Shown one piece after another: positions 40,854-50,878 of a stretch of DNA of 64,000 nt (its first letter is position 1; each line of letters begins with the position of its first letter). Source of the DNA: an uncultured Gammaproteobacteria bacterium (GTDB lineage Bacteria; Pseudomonadota; Gammaproteobacteria; GCA-002705445; GCA-002716945); the NCBI GenBank assembly GCA_902535975.1, contig CACAVP010000001.1, forward strand, positions 6,352-70,351, in the 5' to 3' direction. The notes under the pieces are model-generated. The model ran no database searches. It was not told the DNA's origin and saw only the letters and a program-made list of their open reading frames with translations. Made by a program: the position numbers and the translations under genes.

Positions 40854-42884
40854 CTATTTTACAAAAGAATAAAATGAGTATAGCATTTTATTATTTACAT
40901 GTAATGCTTTTCCCTTATCAATAATTTCTTTATACCAATATTGATTAGATACATTCATTCTATAAACATATACACTCTCTTTTTTATAAGTAAAAGCCCT
41001 ATCCTCATAACATTGATGAACATTAGAGCATCTTGCTAGAACATTTTCAAAATCGTTCAAATGCATCTGAGAAACATAGAAAATTAAATCGGTACTATCT
41101 TTTAAATTACATTCATCAATAAAATCGGTAATAAATTCGCTATCACATGTTTCTGCGTCAATGTTCGCCCTTGCAAAGTTAATATTGTATTGACCAGAAA
41201 CGTATTTTTTAATGATAGAATCTTCCATCTTTTTTGGTGGCAAGAAGTTATTTTTTTTTATAAGTCCATAATGTCCCTGATGCACAACGTGTGGCATCTT
41301 TAACATATAAATATGCATTGGTGGATTATACTTCATTTGTTCAATAGTTTTTTTAAGACTAGAAGAGGATGTCGTATCGTACCAAAATAATAAATTATAT
41401 TTCGATTGATTATCACTTAAGAGATTAAACATTGGTATTGAAGGTGTGGTTAAGATATTATTGTTTTCATTTTTTTGAGCAAAAGAAATAATATCATGTG
41501 TAAATTTGTCCATATGTATACCTCTAAAAATACCACTCGAAAATGATCTTTCATTTTTAATGTTATCTATGATGCTATTTGTTTTATATCCCCACCATTC
41601 ATATGAAGGATTAACAAGTTTATTTATTCCAAAAAAGACAGTTACAGTAATTATGGGCAAGATAGTATTTCTTAAAATATAGCTATCATCAGCGTTGTGA
41701 CAATATTTCTTGATCACAAAAATTAACTCTGCAAAAAATAACGCAAGTAAGATTTCTAAACTTACAGAATTAAAACCAGCTGTAGTTGTTCCGCAGTACG
41801 CAAGTGCATATAACGGTATACACAACAACACCTCACCTTTGGAGTTATTTCTTAAAAGTCGTAACAGAGGCCAAGATAGTGCGAAGACGTAAAGCAGCGC
41901 TGTTTTTACTTTAAATATGATAAAAATAGATATTATTAATACGAGAATTAGTATCAGGTAGAGATGTGATCGGGCGTTAACATTAGATATTCCGATGAAT
42001 GTTGAAATATTTTGGTAGTAATTTCCTATGAATGAAGCAAGTTTTTCTTTATATGATTGGATTAGAAAATATACAGCATACACGAAGGTTATCAGTAATG
42101 CAGATACTGTTATGATTGCTCTATTACCTGGATCTAGAATAAACCTAGACAAAACGACGAATATAGACCCTTTTGGTGTATCAAGCGAGAAGATTGTTAC
42201 CCATGAAGGAGTTATGTAGGTCGTATAAGCTAATAATAAGGCTATACTCACCAAGAATACAAGATTCTTCTTTAGAATACCTAAAAAATTATAGCCATAG
42301 AGGATTAGAAATCCATTTAGATATAACAATAACCCAAAACCATAAATTACACCGATATTATGTTTAGTAAGGATTAGTAGACCTATTAATAATCCCGAAA
42401 ACAGAAATGTCTTATTTTTTATTTTATTACTTGCGCTTGGCAAAATGTAAATTGTGAGAGCAACAATAAGCGATACAATAGTGTGATAGTCTTTAGCAAC
42501 AAATGTTGAATTGCTTATTATTAAAAAAAATACTAATAATGAACTAATGATAGCAGAGTGAATGTCAGTATATTTTTTTAAGATTAAGAAAATTATATAA
42601 AAGTTTAATGCGTGCAATAAGGCGAATATATATCTCAAAGAAATAAAATCTAATCCAAAGAGATCTATTAATCTACTAAATACATGGACTGTTAAAGGGG
42701 GTAAAAAATAATTATATTCTTTATAAATATCTACTCCACTGTTTACATATACAGCAAAGCTTTCAAACCATCCCTCTGTGATGAAGAACTGATACTTAGA
42801 AATAAAATAATTAAAAATTAATATAACAGAAAAAAAAGCTATGTAGATGGCTAAGGATATAATATTTTTTTTATCAGTCTTCAA
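40854..42884 (-). CDS. large polytopic membrane protein with C-terminal soluble domain (GtrC/GT-C-like glycosyltransferase candidate)
   Basis: ~12 N-terminal TM helices plus ~250 aa hydrophilic C-terminus. Follows the GtrA-like gene. Confidence 0.3.
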   Translation of the reverse strand: MKTDKKNIISLAIYIAFFSVILIFNYFISKYQFFITEGWFESFAVYVNSGVDIYKEYNYFLPPLTVHVFSRLIDLFGLDFISLRYIFALLHALNFYIIFLILKKYTDIHSAIISSLLVFFLIISNSTFVAKDYHTIVSLIVALTIYILPSASNKIKNKTFLFSGLLIGLLILTKHNIGVIYGFGLLLYLNGFLILYGYNFLGILKKNLVFLVSIALLLAYTTYITPSWVTIFSLDTPKGSIFVVLSRFILDPGNRAIITVSALLITFVYAVYFLIQSYKEKLASFIGNYYQNISTFIGISNVNARSHLYLILILVLIISIFIIFKVKTALLYVFALSWPLLRLLRNNSKGEVLLCIPLYALAYCGTTTAGFNSVSLEILLALFFAELIFVIKKYCHNADDSYILRNTILPIITVTVFFGINKLVNPSYEWWGYKTNSIIDNIKNERSFSSGIFRGIHMDKFTHDIISFAQKNENNNILTTPSIPMFNLLSDNQSKYNLLFWYDTTSSSSLKKTIEQMKYNPPMHIYMLKMPHVVHQGHYGLIKKNNFLPPKKMEDSIIKKYVSGQYNINFARANIDAETCDSEFITDFIDECNLKDSTDLIFYVSQMHLNDFENVLARCSNVHQCYEDRAFTYKKESVYVYRMNVSNQYWYKEIIDKGKALHVNNKMLYSFYSFVK

Positions 42885-42931
42885 AGCAGTTACCTTTTTT
42901 AAAAAATTCGAATAGTGCGCTTATCATCATG

Positions 42932-44749
42932 TTAATTTATTTTTTTGTTCGTAAGAATGACTATTTCATCATAATTAAGGCTTTTGTTGAAATATGTTCC
43001 ATCATTAATAGTATTATATATTTCATCGTTTGCCATTAAACCTGCATCTGGGTTGCCTTTATAACTCAGGCCAATTATGTAATCTACGTCATTTTTTATT
43101 ATCTCTATAATATTATCAGACGAGACCTCCCTATATGAGGTTCCTAAGTGCCACCACAAAGGGAGTCCTGATGGTGGCACGATATTATACTTTGCATATA
43201 GATATTCAATTCTTGATAAAAATAGGATTTTCCTATTTTTAAGTTTATCTTGGTTGTCCTTAAAGAAACTCTCGACACTCTTCTCATAACGATAATGATA
43301 TTGTGATGTTTTATGATTTTTGAAAAATTCATCATCAAGAATTGCAGTATAGTCATTCCTATCAATAGGTGGCCCGGCAGTTAGAAGCTTTAATCTATAA
43401 AATCCCTCAAGAGAGAGGGAAACTATAATTATTATAGCCCATGGAGCTATAGTTTTTATAGTTGTTGAATCATAGGAATTATTTGCGATGAATGCTATCG
43501 CAATTGACAGAATAAGTATCCCGAAAGATGAAGACCTTACATCAAAACTTTGCAGAATTATAATAAATGTCAGTAATACACCAAAGAATCCCCATCCGAA
43601 CAAAATTAATTTATGCATACTAAATTGATCAGTAAAATCTTTTAGAACTCTATTTTTAATCAATGGTATCAGGAAATATATTGTTGTTATGAACAAGAAT
43701 AAGATTGGGATAATTTCCCAATTCCTTGATACCAATAAAAAGAAAAATGCAAAAAGGCCCAGCGTCCATGAAGGTGTAGGCCGATTGAATAGTCTCGATG
43801 AGATCAATTCTAATGTAAAAATAAGGATAAGTAGGAATTCAAAAAAATATAAAGAGTATTCTTTTAATCGTCCTCCAGATAAATCAAATAGATTAAATGT
43901 AAGTAATCCTGCATTAATAAAACCATGGATAGCAGACCTCTCACTCCCTATCATCGATAAATCATATATGTATTTGTTTATATCAAAAAATATAAAATTA
44001 GTTATTAGATATAGTGTTAAATAAAAAATAATACTTAAGTAAAAAATCCATATTAGGGTTAACTTTATTCGTTGATATATATTTATCTTAGTATCAAACA
44101 ATATCCATGTAGCAAGAAGCAAAGAATTCATTACTGCAAAACCCACACCTGTATTAGCTCGCATAAAACATAAAAACGATAAAATGAAAGCTAATAGAAT
44201 AATAGAAGGAGATGTTATCTTATTATAGTGCCTGTTGATGATTATTATGTACAAAAGAAAGGTTGAAAATGCTGCCATCACATTACTAGCATCATGAAGG
44301 TAAATAAAACCATCAGTTATTAAAGGCAATATGGTGGCAAATAAAAAAGCATAAAAAATTATTATGTTAGATTTTTTCGAGTTTAGATGATAATAAGTAC
44401 CGACTACAGCAAAGATAGATGTATAGATAATTAATCCATTAGTAAATAAATTCCATGTGACTCCATCATTGATAACAGCCATCAATTTTAAAATTACTGC
44501 AAAGCCAGGAGAAAAAGCATTATCAACAAAATCATGAAAGCTCTGACCGCTGTACATTGCTTGGGCAAGAGAAACAATAGGTGCGAGATCAAAACCTGCA
44601 AAACCTTTTGATCCTATAAAGGATGAATAGATTGCAGCTATCGTAAATACGAATGTCACAAAAAGAGCTTCTAGAAAATTTATTTTTTTAATAGCGTTCA
44701 ACAGAGGTTTCTCGTATTGTATAATCGGTATTTCCTGATCATTCTCCAA
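42932..44749 (-). CDS. large polytopic membrane protein (second GtrC/GT-C-like candidate, same layout as the neighbour)
   Basis: Same architecture as the 40854..42884 product. No verified catalytic motif. Confidence 0.3.
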   Translation of the reverse strand: MENDQEIPIIQYEKPLLNAIKKINFLEALFVTFVFTIAAIYSSFIGSKGFAGFDLAPIVSLAQAMYSGQSFHDFVDNAFSPGFAVILKLMAVINDGVTWNLFTNGLIIYTSIFAVVGTYYHLNSKKSNIIIFYAFLFATILPLITDGFIYLHDASNVMAAFSTFLLYIIIINRHYNKITSPSIILLAFILSFLCFMRANTGVGFAVMNSLLLATWILFDTKINIYQRIKLTLIWIFYLSIIFYLTLYLITNFIFFDINKYIYDLSMIGSERSAIHGFINAGLLTFNLFDLSGGRLKEYSLYFFEFLLILIFTLELISSRLFNRPTPSWTLGLFAFFFLLVSRNWEIIPILFLFITTIYFLIPLIKNRVLKDFTDQFSMHKLILFGWGFFGVLLTFIIILQSFDVRSSSFGILILSIAIAFIANNSYDSTTIKTIAPWAIIIIVSLSLEGFYRLKLLTAGPPIDRNDYTAILDDEFFKNHKTSQYHYRYEKSVESFFKDNQDKLKNRKILFLSRIEYLYAKYNIVPPSGLPLWWHLGTSYREVSSDNIIEIIKNDVDYIIGLSYKGNPDAGLMANDEIYNTINDGTYFNKSLNYDEIVILTNKKIN

Positions 44750-44888
44750 TTGGCATCCATCTTGTAATATATTTGATAGTAGATTAAGATACTATCATTA
44801 TTTGTGAGTTATGTAATCAAAATTAAATTTTCATAGATAACTACTCACGTTACATAGAGGCTAACTTGAATATAAGTATAAATATATT

Positions 44889-45095
44889 ATGCGATCTCTT
44901 TTACAGTTCTTTCTAATCTCAAATTTTCTTTTTTTTTCACATAATGCGTTTGCATACATGGACCCAGGCTCTTTATCTATTCTATTACAAATAATTATCG
45001 GAATCTTTGCATCTATTGCTATCTTTTTTAAACAATTAAAACAAAGGATATTAAATATTTTCAGAAGAACAAAGAAAAAAAATGATGATAAATGA
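44889..45095 (+). CDS. small membrane/secreted peptide (hypothetical)
   Basis: 68 aa with a hydrophobic N-terminus and a second hydrophobic helix. First gene of the plus-strand mini-operon. Confidence 0.25.
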   Translation: MRSLLQFFLISNFLFFSHNAFAYMDPGSLSILLQIIIGIFASIAIFFKQLKQRILNIFRRTKKKNDDK

Positions 45096-45135
45096 AGTTA
45101 TCTAAGTAAAATCTAAATGTAAAAATTTTTTTATT

Positions 45136-46524
45136 ATGGAAAAAATATCTAGCTCTTTCAAAGATAACTCAAACCAAGTATATGTCCATGATTCTAAAAT
45201 AATTAGAACTATAAATGTAGAAAAAAACTCTGCATATCCTAAAGTTTTTGAAGATGGGATCATAGATGAACTTATAAAAAAAGGAGATATAGTAAATTCA
45301 AAATTGATACCGCCTTTAGACTATAAAGACAAAAAAAATATATATATTGAACATGAAAAAATAAATTTTATATCATATCCATATGAATGGAGTAATATTT
45401 TTCTTTACCTTGCAGGTTTGAAAACACTTGAGATTAATAAAAGTTTATTGGAATATGGTTACCATTTAATTGATGCAAATGCATTTAATATTCAATTTAT
45501 AAATGGAAAACCAACTCTAATTGATCTTGGTTCTATCGTCAATTATGATAACAAATTTGGATGGCAAGGAATGCAAGAGTTTATATGTTCTTTTTTTAAT
45601 CCATTATATTTTATGTCAAGATCCTCAATTCGCTTCAATGATGTCTATAAAAGTTTCCTAAATGGTATACCTTCAAGCTTTATATATAAAACAAAAAATA
45701 TAAGAGATTTTTTCCGTTTACGATTTTTATTGAATATATTTTCTCATGAGCAACTAATGAAGAATATACATAAAAAAAATCAAATAAAAAATAAAAATAT
45801 AGAAAGTGTGAAATATATTTCTACTAATAAATATAAATCAATACTTGAATTGCAAGAGAGTTTTCTGAAGAAAACTTATTCCGATATTAAGAGCACTCGA
45901 TCATATTGGGATAGTTATGCAAGTAAAATGCATAACTATAGTGATACTGATATTGAGAAAAAGCAAAAAATTATTATTGATTATGTAAATAAATATAAAC
46001 CAAAATGTTTATTAGATCTGGGATGCAACAATGGTGATTATTCTCTACTTGCACATCAGAATGGTATTGAAAAAATTATAGCTGTTGATAATGATGAGAA
46101 TTGTATAGAAAGGTTAGCTCAAAAAGTAATAGATAGTAATCTTCCAATTGTTCCGCTGATAATAGATTTTACTAATGAGTCACCATTACATGGTTGGTCT
46201 GGTTCAGAGAGGTTTTCATTTTCCCATAGAGCTAAAGAATGTGATGGCGTCATTGCTTTAGCCCTAGTTCATCACTTGGTGATAGGAAAAAATATACCAA
46301 TGGATCAGGCAATAAAATGGATTATACAATCTTCAGAACATGGAGTTATAGAATTTGTAAAAAAAGAAGATAGTCAGATTAAGGAAATGCTCTCTTCAAG
46401 AAAAGATATATTTGAAGATTATAATATTGATACATTTAGAGATATTATGAAAAAAAATGTAAAGATATTAAATGAGAAAATATTAGATTCTAATACAAGA
46501 GTGATATTTATTTATGAAAAATAA
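45136..46524 (+). CDS. bifunctional kinase-like (APH/choline-kinase fold) / class I SAM-dependent methyltransferase fusion protein
   Basis: N-terminal domain HLIDANAFN...IDLGS (HxDxxxxN catalytic loop plus DxG metal loop). C-terminal domain LLDLGCNNGDYS (motif I) plus IAVDNDENCIERL. Confidence 0.5.
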   Translation: MEKISSSFKDNSNQVYVHDSKIIRTINVEKNSAYPKVFEDGIIDELIKKGDIVNSKLIPPLDYKDKKNIYIEHEKINFISYPYEWSNIFLYLAGLKTLEINKSLLEYGYHLIDANAFNIQFINGKPTLIDLGSIVNYDNKFGWQGMQEFICSFFNPLYFMSRSSIRFNDVYKSFLNGIPSSFIYKTKNIRDFFRLRFLLNIFSHEQLMKNIHKKNQIKNKNIESVKYISTNKYKSILELQESFLKKTYSDIKSTRSYWDSYASKMHNYSDTDIEKKQKIIIDYVNKYKPKCLLDLGCNNGDYSLLAHQNGIEKIIAVDNDENCIERLAQKVIDSNLPIVPLIIDFTNESPLHGWSGSERFSFSHRAKECDGVIALALVHHLVIGKNIPMDQAIKWIIQSSEHGVIEFVKKEDSQIKEMLSSRKDIFEDYNIDTFRDIMKKNVKILNEKILDSNTRVIFIYEK

Positions 46525-48031
46525 ATACTTATTCACTCTAATTCTTGGATTACTAATAATATTAGATAATTTATCCTTTGTATATTTTAATTATGCGAAA
46601 GAGATAGCTCCATCTCTCTTATATATTTTTGGTTTTTCATTTTTGATTTTTTCTGTTTTCTATTTTTTATTTAAAAAAACAATCTTTATAAATTATGTCA
46701 CTAGTTTTTATCTATTAACATTAGTGATGACATTTAAACTTCTTCAGTACTCATTTATAGCAAAATTAGATACTTTTTATTTATTCGTGTTATCAGTTTT
46801 AGTTTTTATTTTTATTAAATTATTTTTTGATAAAAAAAGAACTATAGATTTATTAATTATCGTTTTTTTTGTTTCCTCAACTTCGTTAATTTCAAATTAT
46901 CTAACTCAAAATGAAAATATTAATGATATTAAATATGAAATAACTAATGATCATAATAATTTTATTGATCAACTCTCTTCAATTAAATTAAAAAGTAAGC
47001 CAAATATATATTTAATAGGTTTTGATTCAATGACATCTAAGTCATGGCAAAAAAAATATTTTGGTTATGAAGAGAGTTATATTGAAACGTTAGATAAGTA
47101 CTATGAATCATACTCTGGATTTAATTTATACGTGCCAACTCTTCATGCTTTAAATGCGCTCATGAGACTAGATCAAGATAAAAAAATCTATGGTCCATTA
47201 ATGCCAACACTTGGATTAGTTAATGGAAAATATCGAAGTCCATTACTTTATTTGATGAAAAGTAATGGTTACACAACAAACTTTTACTATTATGATACTT
47301 ACTTTGGGGAAAAGGGAAGATATCTTGATAATCTTTATATTAATGAAAAGCAGATTTTAACTCATACTGCATTATGTCAGTCAAGCAATAGCATACAAAG
47401 AAAATTTTTCTTAATGGGAGCTTGTAATGAAGACACACTGATAGATGGTATATTGGGATATACGGGACCTGGGGTTGACATATATGAATGGCCAAAGATC
47501 ACTATCTCATTAGCTATAGATAGATCGATAAAATCAGGTAACCCTAATATAAATATTTTATTTTTTTATCGCCCTATAGGACATGTTCCGTCGGCATTTG
47601 ACTATAATAATGAACAACAGTTAGTAGATTATAAAAAATTCTATAGTCGCCATAGTGTTATAGCTAGAGAATTACTAGAGAAAATAAGAAATAAAATTTT
47701 AAGTAAAGACCCCAAAGCATTAGTTGTTGTTTTTGGTGATCATGGTCCTTACCTATCAAAAGGAGTAGATTGCTCTAAACAAGAAAATAAAACTTTTTGC
47801 ATACATAATACATACGCAGCAAATGTTAGTGTATTAAAAACAAATAATAGATGTTCATCAGAGTATAAATCATTCATCCGAGGAAATGTTATCACGCCAA
47901 GTGAAATTGTATTTTCTAAGTTGTCCTGCCTTTCGAAAAATCCTGTTCTTTTAAGACAACAAATAAAGTATAGAAATTCTTCAGAAACGAAGCCTGGATT
48001 TTTTGAAAATTTAGATAATTATTTGTACTAG
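46514..48031 (+). CDS. membrane-anchored alkaline-phosphatase-superfamily protein (phospho-substituent transferase/sulfatase-like)
   Basis: Five N-terminal TM helices. Soluble domain with IYLIGFDSMTS and VVVFGDHGPYL (GDHG) metal-ligand motifs. Confidence 0.4.
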   Translation: MKNKYLFTLILGLLIILDNLSFVYFNYAKEIAPSLLYIFGFSFLIFSVFYFLFKKTIFINYVTSFYLLTLVMTFKLLQYSFIAKLDTFYLFVLSVLVFIFIKLFFDKKRTIDLLIIVFFVSSTSLISNYLTQNENINDIKYEITNDHNNFIDQLSSIKLKSKPNIYLIGFDSMTSKSWQKKYFGYEESYIETLDKYYESYSGFNLYVPTLHALNALMRLDQDKKIYGPLMPTLGLVNGKYRSPLLYLMKSNGYTTNFYYYDTYFGEKGRYLDNLYINEKQILTHTALCQSSNSIQRKFFLMGACNEDTLIDGILGYTGPGVDIYEWPKITISLAIDRSIKSGNPNINILFFYRPIGHVPSAFDYNNEQQLVDYKKFYSRHSVIARELLEKIRNKILSKDPKALVVVFGDHGPYLSKGVDCSKQENKTFCIHNTYAANVSVLKTNNRCSSEYKSFIRGNVITPSEIVFSKLSCLSKNPVLLRQQIKYRNSSETKPGFFENLDNYLY

Positions 48032-48720
48032 AATTTTTTAAGTAAAGTTTGAGATATAATATAATCTTCGGGTATTCCGATATCGATAAAAATCCCTTCG
48101 AAGTTACATACACCTATTTTTTCAAAATTTTTTTTGATTGCTAAAAAATCTTGCTCGAAAGAAAAATTTAATCCTTCAGTAAAATCATCTAGCTGATTAG
48201 TTTTTAAATAATAAACACCTGCATTAATTATACCAGGCTCATTACTTCCTTTTTCCTCAAACCCAAGAAGATTGTTATCTTTAAAAGAAATTGAGCCGTA
48301 TCTTGATACATTTTTAACAAATATTCCACATAGAATTGATTTATTAATCTTGTTAAACGTTGACTCCACTAAATCATAATTAATGTCTGCAAAAGTATCT
48401 CCATTAAATACAAAAATACAATCTTCTGTTGCATGAGAAATTCCTAGCTTAATTGCACCACCGGTTCCTAACATGTCTTCTTCTTTTGAAAAAATTATTT
48501 CAGTACCAAAATCTTCTTTTGAAAAATAGTCTATAATATATTGACTTTTATAGCCTATAGATAGGATTACTCTTTTAAAATTATTTTTAACTAAATGTTT
48601 TATTAATATCTCTAGAAAGGGTCTCCCATTAATTAACGCCATTGGTTTAGGAATATCTTTTACTAGAGGTTTAAGCCTTGTTCCAAGTCCGCCTGCAAGA
48701 ATTATTGCTTCTCTAGTCAT
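48028..48720 (-). CDS. sugar-1-phosphate nucleotidyltransferase, short form (HddC-like heptose-1-P guanylyltransferase candidate)
   Basis: AIILAGGLGTRL..L....PKPM. 230 aa with no C-terminal extension. In an operon with the heptose genes. Confidence 0.55.
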   Translation of the reverse strand: MTREAIILAGGLGTRLKPLVKDIPKPMALINGRPFLEILIKHLVKNNFKRVILSIGYKSQYIIDYFSKEDFGTEIIFSKEEDMLGTGGAIKLGISHATEDCIFVFNGDTFADINYDLVESTFNKINKSILCGIFVKNVSRYGSISFKDNNLLGFEEKGSNEPGIINAGVYYLKTNQLDDFTEGLNFSFEQDFLAIKKNFEKIGVCNFEGIFIDIGIPEDYIISQTLLKKF

Positions 48721-48744
48721 AAAATTTATTATTTAGTTTGGTAA

Positions 48745-49776
48745 TCACCTATTAAGAGGAATTTTTCCTCTTTTGATTTCAACTCGCCAATGTTCTAGCA
48801 AGTCACCAAACATTTTTTTTACTGGTATTTCTGGCTGCCAGTCAATAACTGAGGAAATTTTTGTATTATCAAACATTTGATAATCTGCATCAATTGGCCT
48901 TAATCTTGATTCTTCTTCAATTACAGTAATATCGTTTCTTGTGCTCATGCTCAACATGATATCTATGACCTCTGTCAATTTATAAGCCTCTTTTCCAGCA
49001 ATATTAAAATAGTCTCCTTTAGAGATTTTATTTTCATAACATGCGCATAAAAGCAAATAATACGCCCTTACCGCGTCTCTAGTATCTTGAAATGTCCTAA
49101 TACTAGACAAATTACCAACAAAAATATTTGGATCTTGAAGCCCAGCTTCAATGAGAGCTATCTGTTTCGCAACAGTACTCTCAAAAAAAACGTCACTTCT
49201 TCTCGGACCTGAATGTGTACCCATCCTAGTCACAAATGTTTTCATTTTGTATGCTTCGCCATAAAATCTTCCAAGGTGATCAGTTGCTATTTTACTTATA
49301 CTATATGGACTCGACCCATGAAAAGGAGTTGATTCATTAATCTTTTCCCCCGAAGGTTGCTTCCCATAAACTTCGCTTGAGGAACATATATGTATTGACG
49401 GGTCATATGAACAATTCTCTCCTACTTTTTTAATGCTCTCTAATAGATTCGTTGTACCGATGATATTCGTTTGTAATGTTTCTAATGGTATATCGAAGGA
49501 TGTTTTTGGGAATGATTGAGCTGCTAGATGCGATATAAATTTAGGCTTTTCTCTCAAAATAATATTGTAAATCGACACATAATCATTTAAGTCACCATAA
49601 CAGAGATATATTCTTTCTTTATTATTTATCTTTGTTGTTAGGTGATATAGGTTGTCCATAGGTTCTTGCCATCTCATAAATCCAATTATGTTTAAATCTG
49701 TATTTTCCAGAATATAATCAGCCAGTTGAGAACCTACTTGTCCAGTGATTCCAGTAATTAGTATTGAATTATTCAT
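48745..49776 (-). CDS. GDP-mannose/GDP-manno-heptose 4,6-dehydratase (Gmd/DmhA-like)
   Basis: ILITGITGQVGS...YGDL.D......I....P..I.HLAAQS matches the Gmd family. 343 aa. Confidence 0.75.
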   Translation of the reverse strand: MNNSILITGITGQVGSQLADYILENTDLNIIGFMRWQEPMDNLYHLTTKINNKERIYLCYGDLNDYVSIYNIILREKPKFISHLAAQSFPKTSFDIPLETLQTNIIGTTNLLESIKKVGENCSYDPSIHICSSSEVYGKQPSGEKINESTPFHGSSPYSISKIATDHLGRFYGEAYKMKTFVTRMGTHSGPRRSDVFFESTVAKQIALIEAGLQDPNIFVGNLSSIRTFQDTRDAVRAYYLLLCACYENKISKGDYFNIAGKEAYKLTEVIDIMLSMSTRNDITVIEEESRLRPIDADYQMFDNTKISSVIDWQPEIPVKKMFGDLLEHWRVEIKRGKIPLNR

Positions 49777-50876
49777 ATATACCTTTCAAAACATGAGAGC
49801 CATACTCTATATCCTTTAAAAAATTTGAGGAAAGTATTCTTCTCATCATTACTCAATTGATGAGTTTCATCGAGCTTTTTATCAAGTTCATTCAGTAAGT
49901 TTAAAGAAACATCAAAATATGTTTTACCGGATAGCTGAATTGATCTAAGCCAACCGACAAAAGTTTCAGTATTTTGATTTCCAAATATTTCAAGTTCTAG
50001 GTCATGCCATAAATTATGATCATTTCTATCCTGTTTAACCAGTGGAAAGCCAAAACTTATTGCATCATCAAAATAGTCGGCAACTCGCTTTGTAAAATAA
50101 CTTGCCCAAATGTCATCAAAGCGTCCAATATGAGGGCTAAGAAAATAGGATGGTATCGCTTCTCTGGCTAGGGCAGTATTTTGTGAGTTAAATGGGCACC
50201 ATGTATCTTTTTCTAGAGCAAAGTTATCATCACGTATATATCCAGTCACATCAATTGGATTAGTAAGTCTAGTTATTGCATCAATGTCAGGATCTCCTAA
50301 CCAAAGCCCACCATTAACAACCACCTTTTTACTTTTAATAGATTCAATTTTTTTAGCTCTTGAAATTTGTCTTTCTGATATGGGGTAACCTCGAGCAAAA
50401 AATTCTCTACTATTCTTATCAATTAAAAAATCACAAATATTTAGCCATGAGGAAGAGGTCTCTAAAACCGGCAAACTAATAGTTGATCCAACATTTTGAT
50501 GACCATCTAAATACCCCTCACGCTCTATAAAATTATCATCATCTATGGTGATTATCACATCAGAGTTATTTTCATATGCGAAAAGTATACCCACATTTCT
50601 TCTTTGAACACAATTCCATGGTAAAAAGTTTAGAAGTTCAGGATATTTCTCTAGATAGTTATTCTGTTTCTCGACATCAAAGTATTGAAAATCATAATTG
50701 AACTTATCATTTAGAGATTCTACGTATGGTTTAGCCTTTTTATCGGTTTTTTTATCTCCAATAACGATAAAAGATACGTTCTTATAATCATGATTGATAC
50801 AATCATTTGCATAGTCTTCAAGTAAAACTGGATTATTGATTGTAGTTGTAACTATTGAGAATTTTTTATTAGTCAT
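49773..50876 (-). CDS. GT75 / reversibly-glycosylated-polypeptide-like protein (putative NDP-sugar pyranose-furanose mutase)
   Basis: VIITIDDDNF, FARGYPISERQ, GGLWLGDPDIDAITRL and GRFDDIWASYF blocks parallel plant RGP/UDP-arabinopyranose mutase motifs. Confidence 0.5.
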   Translation of the reverse strand: MTNKKFSIVTTTINNPVLLEDYANDCINHDYKNVSFIVIGDKKTDKKAKPYVESLNDKFNYDFQYFDVEKQNNYLEKYPELLNFLPWNCVQRRNVGILFAYENNSDVIITIDDDNFIEREGYLDGHQNVGSTISLPVLETSSSWLNICDFLIDKNSREFFARGYPISERQISRAKKIESIKSKKVVVNGGLWLGDPDIDAITRLTNPIDVTGYIRDDNFALEKDTWCPFNSQNTALAREAIPSYFLSPHIGRFDDIWASYFTKRVADYFDDAISFGFPLVKQDRNDHNLWHDLELEIFGNQNTETFVGWLRSIQLSGKTYFDVSLNLLNELDKKLDETHQLSNDEKNTFLKFFKGYRVWLSCFERYI

Positions 50877-50878
50877 TG

